Positions 1 through 11,266 of a stretch of 64,000 nucleotides of DNA are shown here, one piece after another. The notes under the pieces were generated by a model. The model saw nothing but the letters and a program-made list of their open reading frames with translations. It did not search any database and was not told where the DNA came from. The position numbers and the translations under genes were made by a program. Every line of letters starts with the position of its first letter. Within the stretch, counting starts at the first letter, position 1. Source of the DNA: Thalia democratica (Eukaryota). The stretch is taken from contig OZ241830.1 in the NCBI GenBank assembly GCA_965202585.1, forward strand, positions 71,548,001-71,612,000. Reading direction: 5' to 3'.

Positions 1-1070
1 GTAAAATTGAAAACTTTGGAATGAATACTTGCATTATTTATTTTTTAAAGTTGAGCTCAGAGATTATTTAGAGTTAATACGGTTGAATGTACGAGCCAAT
101 GAGAATCATATGACGAAATGTTTAAAACTAAATACTGATGCAACAAAACATCATAACATGACAGGCAGTTTATATGTAACCAGTTAGTTAGTTTGGTGTG
201 TAGCTTGAAGCAACAAAATATCTTGAACATTTTTGTGAATGCTTATTGTAAGTAGTGTTTTGTTTTAAAAGTGAATATTTCAACAGGTGTTTAATTGTTT
301 AAATATTTAGTCTAGGTTTATAGTTTAATAGTTTATTAAAAATTTTACAGTTTCTTGTTTACTAATAGTTTAATTTAATTTTTAGTTTTTGTTTTAAGTC
401 TTTTGATATAGATTTAAATAGCTTCCAGTTTTTAAAGTGTTACCAATGTAATTAATAGTTTCGTATATGCTAGTATTTCTTGTTGTGTTTTATATAAAAG
501 ATTCATCACTCAAAACTGTCGTGTCTGATTATAGAAAGTAGTCTCAGTTATAATTAAGTGTTTGTTAGATATTAATAATATAAGGTAGGATTTAACTATG
601 ATGGGTAGTACTAATAAGTTAAGTGTACCACAATCAGTCCACAACTTTACTACCAAATTGTCAACCTTTGCTAGCTGTTCTACTGATTATTAGATTTAAG
701 TAATTTTTTTTCAGTTTTTAAAAACTTCATTCTGACTCAGGCTTGTTTATACTCACTCTAGTTAGTTTTATTGACTTAAACAGTGGCAACCCTGCTAGTT
801 TGAAAATTTTTAGGAATTTTAGAAAATCTTGGACTGCCTCAGGCTAGTTTAGTTTTATATAAAAACTCAGGTTAGTTTTCTTTTAGATTTTGAATGAGTT
901 TGAGCTGATCCAGTTTTCAACATTTTGTAATTTTCTAGTGTATTTTGTTCAAGAACTTGATTTAAGATTTTTAATTGTAAATAACACCTAAATTTGTAAA
1001 CCTAATGGCTAGCTGTTCTACTTATTATTAGATAAAAGTTCTTTTTTTTCAGTTTTTAAAAACCTCATTC

Positions 1071-1299
1071 TGACTTAGGCTAGTTTAAACTAGTGATGTA
1101 CCGGACTCACTATCCGGGTCTGGGTCCGGCCGGATATTGCCATTTTCGTCTGATATCCGGATCCGGCCAGATTCTAATTTGAAAAAAAAGTCCGGATCCG
1201 GTTCCGGCCGGATTCTAATTTGAAAAAAAAGTCCGGATCCGGTTCCGGCCGGATTCTAATTTGAAAAAATAGTCCGGATCCGGGTCCGGTACATCACTA
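1071..1299. mobile_element. hAT-like MITE with three internal 41-bp tandem repeats
   Basis: Perfect terminal inverted repeat TAGTGATGTACCGGA ... TCCGGTACATCACTA. Internal unit CCGGATCCGGTTCCGGCCGGATTCTAATTTGAAAAAAAAGT has a 41-bp period. The flanks (gtttaaac / attacaac) do not form a TSD. Confidence 0.8.
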
Positions 1300-2060
1300 A
1301 TTACAACAAATATCGAAAAATTCTTTAGTTTGAATTTTAAATGTACAGTAATGCTTTTCTTACAAGAATTTATTAACAATTTAAAGCTATAGAGTACCTT
1401 AGTATCCTTACTCTAATTTTCGAAATAACCCAAGTTTTTCATTACTCAAGACTTTTTAAATAAGCTCAGCCCTCAAAATAATCTTTTACTGGTAAATAAG
1501 ACTTGGACACTGAAAAGTTGCAACCCCTATTGTACAACAAAGTATATAAAAAGTTTGTCTTTAAAGGCAGACTTTTAAGCCTGTTACAAATATGCACCTT
1601 TCATTTTTATATTCACTTTGACCAGTGTAAAAAATGCATAGCTTTTTAACAACTTATGCGGTTTTAACATTTATTAAAATGCTTATCTCTAAAAAGTTGA
1701 AAAAAAATCGACAGTTTTCCCAAAAATTGGTGATCAAATGCACTTTTCTAAAGTATCATTTATGTAGTTTTAAGTGATACTGTGTATACTAAAATTAGTA
1801 ATTGGTTAAATTTTAAATTTTACTTTTATTCATTAGTATTGAGTAAAGATTTACTTGATTAAAAGTTTTTATCTGGCTACATTCAAGTCAAGTTTAAATT
1901 TGAATTTTGTGTTAAGAGTTGGAATCTTTAAATGATAAGATTTTCTTAAAAAGGTATTTTTTTATTATTTTATTAGCTATAGTCCTGTCCTTGACTAGAC
2001 ATTAAAAGGTATTTGTGGTGTGTGCTTCGATAACCATAAGGTCCTTCCATAAGGCTCCTC

Positions 2061-2373
2061 CAGGGTTGCCATATGTTTTTGGCAAATTTTTTCCAGGTTT
2101 TTAAAGTTTCTTCCAAGTTTTTAAAATTACACGTTTTAGGGTTCACTTTTAGTTTGAAATTAAGTTTAAGGTAAAAAAATGTGTTAAATAGTACTACGAC
2201 ATTGAAAAGATATCTTAAAGCTTCTTTAAATGTGTTTGTTAATAAAAAATACTTTTAATGATGAAGAAATTTTTTTATGTATACGATAGATTTTTTGTGT
2301 CAAATCGAAATTTTACTACTTAACATGTAAAAATTGTTTAAAATTCCTAGTTTTATAGGACTTTTGGCAACCT
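2061..2373. mobile_element. hAT-type MITE (CAGGGTTGCCA end) nested in a short dispersed repeat
   Basis: Left end cagggttgcca, right end tggcaacct. It splits a module that occurs uninterrupted at about 45977-46090. Confidence 0.6.
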
Positions 2374-2996
2374 TTTTTTTTGGTGCACCATACCTATGGC
2401 AAAATATTTTGAGTGTTTTTTTATCGTTCAATAAACTCTAACATAGGGATAATATTTTGGGTCAGATTTATCAGATAAAAACTTTGCAATTAGGGTATTT
2501 TTATAAATTATTCTCTGCAACCTGAATGATTTAGGAAAATCATAGATTACTTTTCTTTATACCTTCAAACGCAAAGACATTGAACAAATTTTTATTTTTT
2601 TATAACATTAAAAAACAGTAGTTTTCAATTTTTTTTCCATCAAGTTGTTAAATAATTTTTCACATCTGCTGCTGTTTTTTTTTAATTATAACTTGGTTTT
2701 GATTAAAAAAATATATTTTGCAAGGTTTTTAACTGGAATTGTTTGACTAAGTAATATATTTACATATCTTCGACTATGTTTTTCAATTGAATAGTTACTA
2801 AATAATTTAGATTGTTATTTTTTTAGTTTGTTATGTTAAAAAGATTTCGTTTTACATGTTACATTTACAATTTAAAGAATTTTTTTTAAATCATTAATAA
2901 TAACATATTTTAAGGGATTACTACTATAATAATGTAACTTGTTTTAAATCAAACAATTTAAAGTTCTCGACTTAAATGTCTTTAAGGAGATTTATA

Positions 2997-3462
2997 TCCA
3001 ATATTTATTTTAATAGTTTACTACTACAAAACAATGTTTCACTCCTATACTTGCATATAGGAGATCCTCAGTTGTTGTAAATAGGTCTGAAATATTTTTT
3101 GAACAAAATAAATGGAAGTAATACAAAAATAAAAACTAATGGTTTAAAAGCAAAAATAAATCTTAAATATACTAAACTTAAGTAAATTTTTTTTTAGTTT
3201 ATGTTACGCTTTTAAGTTTATGTTACGCTCCAACAAAATTCTTAAAAGCGTAACATAAACTAAAAAAGTTTTTACTTAAGTTTAGTATATTTAAGATTTA
3301 TTTTTGCTTTTAAACCATTAGTTTTTATTTTTGTTTTACTTCCATTTATTTTGTTCAAAAATTTTTTCAGACCTATTTACAACAACTGAGGATCTCCTAT
3401 ATGCAAGTATAGGAGTGAAACAATGTTTTGTTAGTAATAAACTGTAAAAATAAATATGGGAT
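2997..3462. repeat. Long near-perfect palindrome (arms about 220 bp, 24-nt loop)
   Basis: 2997-3216 is the reverse complement of 3241-3462 with few mismatches, e.g. ctcctatacttgcatataggagatcctcagttgttgtaaataggtctgaaa / tttcagacctatttacaacaactgaggatctcctatatgcaagtataggag. Confidence 0.95.
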
Positions 3463-3470
3463 TACTACTA

Positions 3471-3675
3471 TTTCTAACCCTCGATCATTTCTAACCCGAT
3501 AAAATAAAACTCGATCATTTTTAACCCGATAAAATCTGACTCGATTATTTCTAACCAAATAATATCTAACCCGATTACTTCTAACCAGATAACTTTTAAG
3601 TCAGTCATTTCTAACCCGATCATTTCTACCCAGATCGTATCTAACCCGATCACTTTTAACCCGATCAATCTACCA
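3471..3675. repeat. Degenerate ~15-bp tandem array with a telomere-like CTAACCCGAT core
   Basis: Repeated tttctaacccgat units. A paralogous array lies at about 34580-34725. It accounts for the 5-aa-periodic ORF 3474-3668. Confidence 0.85.
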
Positions 3676-4559
3676 TATAATTAAAAATTTGTTTTCATTT
3701 AATTTTTTTGATGACAATATATTATAAAATTATCAATAAAGTTGTTTTGTAATAGAAAATAGTTTACTTTCTTTCAAAAAAAAGCTTAGTAGTTATTTAG
3801 TTTTAATTCTAATAAATTTTCTAATAAAAAATGTATTCTAACCTGTACTATTTTAACTTATGTCATATTTTTTTATTTTATACTTTTATCAAATACATAA
3901 ATCTTTTACAACTTTAATTGTATAAGATTCACTACACAGTTTTTAATATCATGAAGTTGTTCTTTGTTTAACTACTTAAAACTATATTTAAGTCAGACCT
4001 TGTCATTTACGTAAATTAGATAATTTTAACGCAAGTAAATAAAAATTATTTAACCTTTAAAAATGTAATTTTCATATACAAAATCTTTAAATTACAGTCT
4101 ATAAGCTACGCTGTAAGTCTAGCGCAAGTTTGTATAGTTTTTATGTTTATCTACTATAATTGTCAGCTAATTTTAAGCTTTAGCTTAAATATTTATACAA
4201 ATCATTTTATAGCTAGCACAGACCGATTAAGATAAAGAAACTTAAACAAACATAAGAGGCATTATTTATTTTTATTAACATAAGTGTTATAAACAATGTA
4301 GACAGTAAGAAAAAACAACAATTGATTCGTGTACTTTTATTTTATATAACAATCTAACAACCAACTGTAATGCAAACAAGTAATTTAAATAAAGGTTAAA
4401 CACTGACTCATGTCACTAACCAACAAGACATTGACGCTTTAAAAGAGATTATTTATCATAGTTTTTAAAACAATACGGAGTTTACAACAATCATATCACA
4501 GTTGCCTATAACATTAAGAAGTTTACAACACACTATTTAGGAGCAACTACTATCATAGA

Positions 4560-5170
4560 AGTACGGAGCTACAACTATCACATCACAGTAATGAAAGAGT
4601 TTACAACTATCACATCACAGTAGTGAAGATTTAACAACTATCACATCACAGTAGTGAAAGAGTTTATAACTATCACATCACAGTAGTGATAAGTTTACAA
4701 CTATCACATCACAGTAGTGAAGAGTTTTAAACTATCACATCGCAGTAAAGAAGAGTTTACAACTATCACATCACAGTAGTGACAAGTTTACAACTATCAC
4801 ATCACAGTAGTGAAGAGTTCACAACTATCACATCACAGTAGTGACAAGTTTACAACTATCACATCACAGTAGTGAAGAGTTTACAACTATCACATCACAG
4901 TAGTGAAGAGTTTTAAACTATCACATCGCAGTAGTGAAGAGTTTACAACTATCACATCACAGTAGTGACAAGTTTACAACTATCACATCACAGTAGTAAG
5001 GAGTTACAACTATCACTTCACAGTAGTGAAGAGTTTACAACTATCACATCAAAGTAGTAAAGAGTTTACAACTATCACATCACAGTAGTAAATAGTTTAC
5101 AACTATCACATCACTGTAGTTATGAGTACAACTATCACATTAAATAGTGAAGAGTTTACAACTATCACAC
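4560..5170 (+). repeat. 31-bp minisatellite, about 19-20 copies (ACAACTATCACATCACAGTAGTGAAGAGTTT)
   Basis: Directly visible tandem units with a 30-31 bp period and no spacers. Confidence 0.95.
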
Positions 5171-6244
5171 AATGATAACTACTGTGAATTAGTAGTTGTT
5201 TGCTTCATTACTTTTTAGACGACTATGATATAATAGTTGTTAACTCTTTAATATTTCGGAAACTATGATAAAGTTACTCTTTTAAAAGTGTCAATACACT
5301 TTTGATTTTTGACAGCAGTCTGAATTTGACTTCTTTTTAAATTTTATATTTGCAATACATTTGGTTATCAGGTTGTTATAAATAATTAGTGTAAACAAAT
5401 TATTTATTTTCTTGTTACTGTATACATTGTTAATAATATAATTTTTATGTTAATTAAAATACATTTGGTTATAACACAATTTTTTTGAGTTTATTTCTTA
5501 TTTTCAAAATTTTAAATTTAAGTTTATTTTCATTTTTATTTTTGTGCTAAAACTTAAGTATTTTTTATACAAATAAATAAATACAGGTAGAAATACAGTT
5601 TAACTCTAATAGCTTAAACTTTTTTACTCAAATTAACAAACTTTATAAAGGTAGTTAATTATTATTTTATAAGTATAGTAGGTACTATTAAAAAAATTTT
5701 GCATAAAGAAGCATTGAATTTTGGAGATACAAATTTTAACTTAAAACAAATAGAATAAGTGCTGAGTCTTATATAGAGTTGTGTAAGATGTTGATTTTTT
5801 AAATTTTAACGAAAGAGCAATTATAACTTGTTTGTATATTTTAGAGTTCTTATGCTTTTAGTACTTTTATTAATTATACTAATAAATAGCAACGAGCTCG
5901 TTAAACACCTCATAAATTGAGCTCTAATGAAATCAACGAATATAAGTGCACTATAATGTTTAAATTTCAATATTTCATAACTTCAATACTTTCAAAGAAT
6001 GTAGATATATACTTTAGGCCATGATTATTGAAGTAGTTTTAACTAAACATTATAATAAATTATTAAACTAGTATTTAGGTAAACAGGGTATTACCACAAA
6101 GTAAGAACGTTTAAATAATCTTTTTTTTCAAACATTTATTAAAGTTAATTTGTATAAATTGTTTATGAACTGTAGCGATTTACCGTACTGTATAAACTTT
6201 ATATACAATTTATGTTTTGTGTTAATTAATTTACATATCTTGTT

Positions 6245-6535
6245 TTATACTACTGTTATGTGATAGTTGCAGCTTCTCACTAGTGTGATGTGATAGTCGT
6301 AAACTCTTCACTACTGTGATGAGGTAGTTGTAAATTCTTACTACTGTGATGTGATAGTTGTAAACTCTTTACTACTGTGATGTGATAGTTGTAAACTTAT
6401 TACTACTGTGATGTGATAGTTGTAAACTCTTTACTACTTTGATGTGATAGTTGTAAACTCTTCACTACAGTGATGTGACAGTTGTAACTCCTTACTACTG
6501 TGATGTGATAGTTGTAGACTCTTCACTTCTATGAT
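6245..6535 (-). repeat. Inverted copy of the 31-bp minisatellite, about 9 copies
   Basis: Units actactgtgatgtgatagttgtaaactctt are the reverse complement of the 4560-5170 unit. Confidence 0.9.
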
Positions 6536-6539
6536 GATG

Positions 6540-6830
6540 TGTCATTTTTGCACGAGAATAAGAAAATAAATTAAAGAAAAAGAAATAAAGTTTTAAGAAA
6601 AAAATATAAAAAATAAATAATTAGTAAAAAAAAGTTACCGACTGAGGATAAGGGTTAAAAAATTAGTAAAAAGTAAACAAAAAAAACAAATACAAAAGAA
6701 TCAAGAGTGAGAGTTAGGGTGATAATAGAAGTAAAAAATAATTTAAGAAAATTTAAGAAAAATTAACAACTATAGTTTTTTCAACTCTTGAAAAGTATTT
6801 TCGTGCAAAATTGTCCCTTCCTGCAAAAGC
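6540..6830. mobile_element. MITE-like element with TTTTGCACGA inverted ends
   Basis: gtcatttttgcacgaga at the left and tttcgtgcaaaattgtc at the right, with an A-rich interior containing gttagggt. A related left end occurs at about 27745. Confidence 0.5.
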
Positions 6831-8168
6831 GTCTTTGTGCATATTAGACTCTTACCGTTTAATGGAATAGCACTTTTACTGCTGTTATATTTAGTCAAAC
6901 ATCAAATATTATAAAATCAGTCAACTAGAAAGCAAGTTATTCTAAAGCAAATTCACATTTTAAGTTATATCTATATAAAGCCATCCACAGTGTGCTGTGA
7001 TCACAAAGATATTGTAATCAAGATGGAATTCCAGGACTTAACTTATTTTTTATCATGTTGTTTATTGTAAAGTTTTTTTTTAATGTAATGTTTATTACTT
7101 ATATTTGACTTTTTTATTATATTTCCAAGTAGTTATATCTTAATTTAAATATTCATTCTTATAGTATATTATAACTAGATTTAATTGTTGTGTAAAAGTT
7201 TTGACCACATTTAAAGTATTTTCAAAAGTATGAGTTCTTTATTTTTTAGTGTTTTATATGTTGTTTAATACAAAATACAACCACCAAAATTCATGCCTAA
7301 TTTTTACAAGTAGTATAGAATTACTTAAAATACCATTAGGTTCAAAGTTTAGTTTAAATTTAGTTATGGACTTTAGTGTGGTTTTACACTACAAGAGAAA
7401 TCTACATGATGTTCTCGGGCAAAAGCTCACCAAAAACAAAATATTTTTTTCCTAAATTAAGTTTTACAAGTAAATTACCTTTTTATTTATCACATTTTTG
7501 TCTTAAAATCTTAGCTTATTGTTATTATACAATACGTTTTATTTGAAATTATATTAGAGGAAAACTTTCATTTGATTTTCAAAAAGCAAATCACACATGT
7601 ACTAACTGCCCATTTAAAAACCTTTTAGTTTATACCTATAACCAGGTACAATAAAGGGAAAGAAAAACAAACAGGCAATAAGGGGTCATATTAAACAAAG
7701 TGTAATAGGGGGATTATGTACTAAGGGTATTAGCATAACTTAAGTCCTAATAAGTCAAATAAAGTGGAAAACAATGTTTAAGTCAAAGTAAGCTACAAAG
7801 GGTATTGTCCCAATTTATTCCAATAAAATACAAACAGTTAACAAACTTAAGCCCAAATCACAAAAGTGTTGGCAAACTATAAGTCCAAACCACAAAACAT
7901 TACTAAAATAAAAGCCAAAAATCAGAAAAAGTTGGTGACAAAGTTTAGTCCACAGTGTCACAAAAGAACTGATAAAGTTTAGTCCACAAATTTGAAGCTG
8001 AACTGACAAAATTTAGACCATAAAGTCACAGTAAATCTAGTCAGAGTAGGTAAAATTAAGTACAAAAAGTAGTGACCAGTTTTAAGTCACAGTAAGTCGT
8101 GTTAAATTTCATGAAGTTTTTAAGGTTTTAAACCTAAATAGCATTACGTAAAAATATATTACTTATTA

Positions 8169-8590
8169 CAGGGTTGCCACACACACAGGTAAGTCAATGA
8201 ATTCAGAGAAACTCAGGGAATTTTCAAGTTTTAAAAAACCTCAGGGAAAGTCAGGGAAGTTTGATTCTCTTTTTTAACTCAGGGAAACTAAGGGCAGTTT
8301 TGGTTTTTTCTAAAAATTTCAGGGAAATTTAAGACTTTTTAAAAAGTCTCAGGGAATTTTTTTTTCTAGATCTATATGAGATTTAGTTAATCAAGTTTCA
8401 ATATTTTGTTCAAAAAAACTAATTTTATTCATTTTTAAGTGCTTATTTAGAAATTTTTTAGCCTTGCTAAGTTCTTCAATATTTTTGAATTAACAAAGTT
8501 ATTTTCAAATTAATTAAAAAAAAAATTGAGGATTTGAATAAAAATCAGGGAAACTCAGGGAAGTTTTTGGTCATTCAGGGAAGATTTTTT
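8169..8590. mobile_element. hAT-type MITE fragment with CAGGGAA subterminal repeats
   Basis: Starts cagggttgccac and carries many (t)cagggaa motifs. No clear right TIR. Confidence 0.55.
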
Positions 8591-9612
8591 GATCCAAAGA
8601 GTATAAACAACTAGGACAGTAAAGACCAGTAAAGTTCTAAACGTTTTTAGGAATTTGTATCATAAGTGTTTAATAGGCAAGACGTTTGAGTGTTTTTTCT
8701 TTATGTGTTACTATTATTTATCTGTTTTTTAAATGCTGCAATCTTTAAAATAGTTTCTAACACATGTTAATATTACTTTTAGGCTTTAATGAATACTTAA
8801 AATTTTGGTAAACATTTTAAATTAATTTTGATTATTAAAAATAAAAAACTTTTTAGAGGTTAAAGACAATTTTAATAAAATTATTTTAGCTATTTTATTT
8901 TCTAATTGACCTCAGTAATTTTTTGAAAAACATTTAGATTGGTTTTAAAATAAGTGTGCTTTTGTTTTTTGTCTATGAAAGAAAGGTAATTTGAGTGATT
9001 TTTAGTTAAAAAGTTGTTTCTTTTACAATGTTGGTGTTATTTATTGTCTAGATATTGAAAATCCTTGAAAATTAAGTATCCTGATAAAGTTTTCAGAGAA
9101 CTTTGATTTTTTTTAGTTTTGATATAAAATAAAATTTTGAAGGATCTTTTTTCTTATTCCTATATATTTAGTATTTCCTGTTAATTGATTTATAAGTTTT
9201 AAGATTGTTATTTTAAGTTTATAAAAAACACAACAAAGCATACCATTTGCTACTTTTGTAGATTTTTTTAGCATAAAAACTACAAAAGACAATTATTAAA
9301 ATATTTTAAACATTTGTATAATAGTTAACATATACAAAAGTCAGCGTTTTATCAAAAAAGCTAATAACAATTAAAAACCTGTAATACTTAAAGGAATCAA
9401 TTTAATCATATCTCCACACTTCTAAATCTTTATATCGCTTTTTATTTTTAAGAAGTATATATTTATTATGAAATCGAAACATATATCATAGTGTTTCGGT
9501 TTGAAAAATATAACGATAGTCTAGTTTAGCAGATTTATAAAACAAATTTTTTTAGAAGAAATTTAACATTTCATCAGATTAGAGTAGTTTTATTTTTAAT
9601 AGTAGAAACAAA

Positions 9613-9981
9613 ATGGATCAACAAAATGCAGATGTAGTTGAAAATGTAGAAGGGGATCAAGAACAGCCACAGCTGGAATATTTCAGGTGGGAAATTGATC
9701 CACGTTTATATGAACGACGTATTATGGGAATGAGGGCAATGAGTCTTTTGGGCACAATTGTACCCGGATTGACACCTGAACGAATTGAAAGATTCGAACA
9801 CTTTGGTGCTGACGAATCGTTAGTAGGTGAAAGATGTCTTGTTTGTATGAGTGACCTGGAAGTAGGGACGAAAATGGTTCGCTTGGACTGTCATGTTGAC
9901 CATTATATGTGCAAAACTTGTGCAGATGCGTGGTTTAAAGACCACAAAACGTGTCCTACTTGTAGGCATTTGTTCAATTAA
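9613..9981 (+). CDS. Small intronless RING-finger protein (putative E3 ubiquitin ligase), 122 aa
   Basis: C-terminal C-x2-C-x14-C-x3-H-x2-C-x2-C-x10-C-x2-C with the conserved Trp (CADAWF) and CPTCR end. It is preceded by GLTPERIERF, resembling the pre-RING helix of RING-H2 ligases. Start context is aaaATG, GC content is higher than the flanks, and AATAAA lies at about 10081. Confidence 0.75.
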   Translation: MDQQNADVVENVEGDQEQPQLEYFRWEIDPRLYERRIMGMRAMSLLGTIVPGLTPERIERFEHFGADESLVGERCLVCMSDLEVGTKMVRLDCHVDHYMCKTCADAWFKDHKTCPTCRHLFN

Positions 9982-10990
9982 ATGGCTTTAGGACACACTT
10001 ATAGAGAAAGTAGTAGTTGTGCTTTTCGTTTAACGTCTAAAAAACTGCTGAATTAAAACTATTTTATTGTAACAATTTATAATAAATTACTAATATAAAA
10101 CAGCTATATCAGCCAAACAAGTATTGTTATAAATTTTAGTTGTATAAATTTGTTTTAAATATTTTTTTAACATAAAAACTTCAAATTTTATGATTATACT
10201 TTTCTTAAAATATGAGCTAAGAAAATACGTACTACTAATCCTATTGAAAATAGTATTTTTTCAAATAGGTTTGTTTATTGTTAATCATTTCTTTGTTAAC
10301 TGTTTCAATAGTTATTGCTTATGAAAACTAAAATTTCCCAGCTGTAGGTTAAGAAAACTAAAGTATATAAAAGGTGATAAACTGCAGTAAATTATAAACA
10401 ACAGTATTTCAACTTTCTTTCAAATTTTAATTCAAACTTGTTATTAAATTGCTTTGATTTTATTATTAAATGACGAAAAACACACAAAGAAATATCGTAA
10501 CTATGTAGGTACATATTAATTAGATAAAATAATTTATTTTTACTCTGTTTTGAGACAATATCTTGCAGATGTGTTTGTTATAAAACATTTTAGAAATTGA
10601 ATTAAAGTTTAAAACAGTCGAGTCGCGGAGGTAAAACCGGAGTGAAAGTGTAAAAGTTAAGACTTAAGAGCACCAGCTATTGTAAAAATAAAACTCAGTT
10701 TTGATGTTTTAATGAAATCCATTTGCAGAATATACACAAAGTTATACAATAGATAAAAAAAGTTGTTTAAAATGACTATATTACATTAATTTAATAATTA
10801 TAAAGATTAGGCTAATTGGTTCTATAAAGGTTTTTTTCAACATGAGTAAATAACTACTGAGTTAAATAAAATATTTTAAGTCATTCATGTATGTAATTGG
10901 TTTAATTTGTGGATATCATATTTGCAAATAAAATCAACCTAAAGAAATAAATAAACATACTTAAAATGCATATATCAAATATCAACAAGT

Positions 10991-11266
10991 TGTTACGATC
11001 GCTCGGCTCTGCTGTACTATTCTTAGACGGAGCCGGCGGTCGAGACTTATCTTATACGTTAATAACGGGGCAGGCGCGTTGCCTGACCCAGAGCGGGTGA
11101 TCATTTTGAGCACTTGCTTAATGACTTTCTACGACTCATTACGCGTTACTATCTATTGCTATACAACGAATGAATAGTCAAGTAAGTATAAAACTAAAAA
11201 AATAAATACAAAGGACACAACTGTTTATTAATTGAACTCACAATATAAAATATAAAATACGTAACT
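10991..11266 (+). mobile_element. Probable solo LTR (Ty3/Gypsy-like)
   Basis: GC-richer 276-bp island bounded by TGTTACG ... CGTAACT (inverted ends, one mismatch), with an internal AATAAA. Flanks aagt/aatt match 3 of 4 as a TSD. Confidence 0.45.

Larger units (their letters stand above)
1300..4104 (+). repeat. Copy A of a dispersed direct duplication (partner about 33409-35164)
   Basis: Collinear similarity read by eye, e.g. 1341 atgtacagtaatgcttttcttacaag vs 33448 atgtacagtagtgcttttcttacaag, continuing to attacagtctataa / attacaatctataa. Copy A has extra blocks at about 2180-2625 and 2927-3470. Confidence 0.9.

Noticed and set aside
3474-3668. 64-aa ORF with (MIGLE)-like repeats
   Set aside because: It is a by-product of the 15-bp tandem array and has no independent evidence of coding.
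3471-3675. Interstitial telomere
   Set aside because: The period is about 15 bp with single TAACCC cores, not tandem hexamers.
4560-5170. 31-bp array as a CRISPR array
   Set aside because: The units are contiguous with no unique spacers, there are no cas genes, and the context is eukaryotic.
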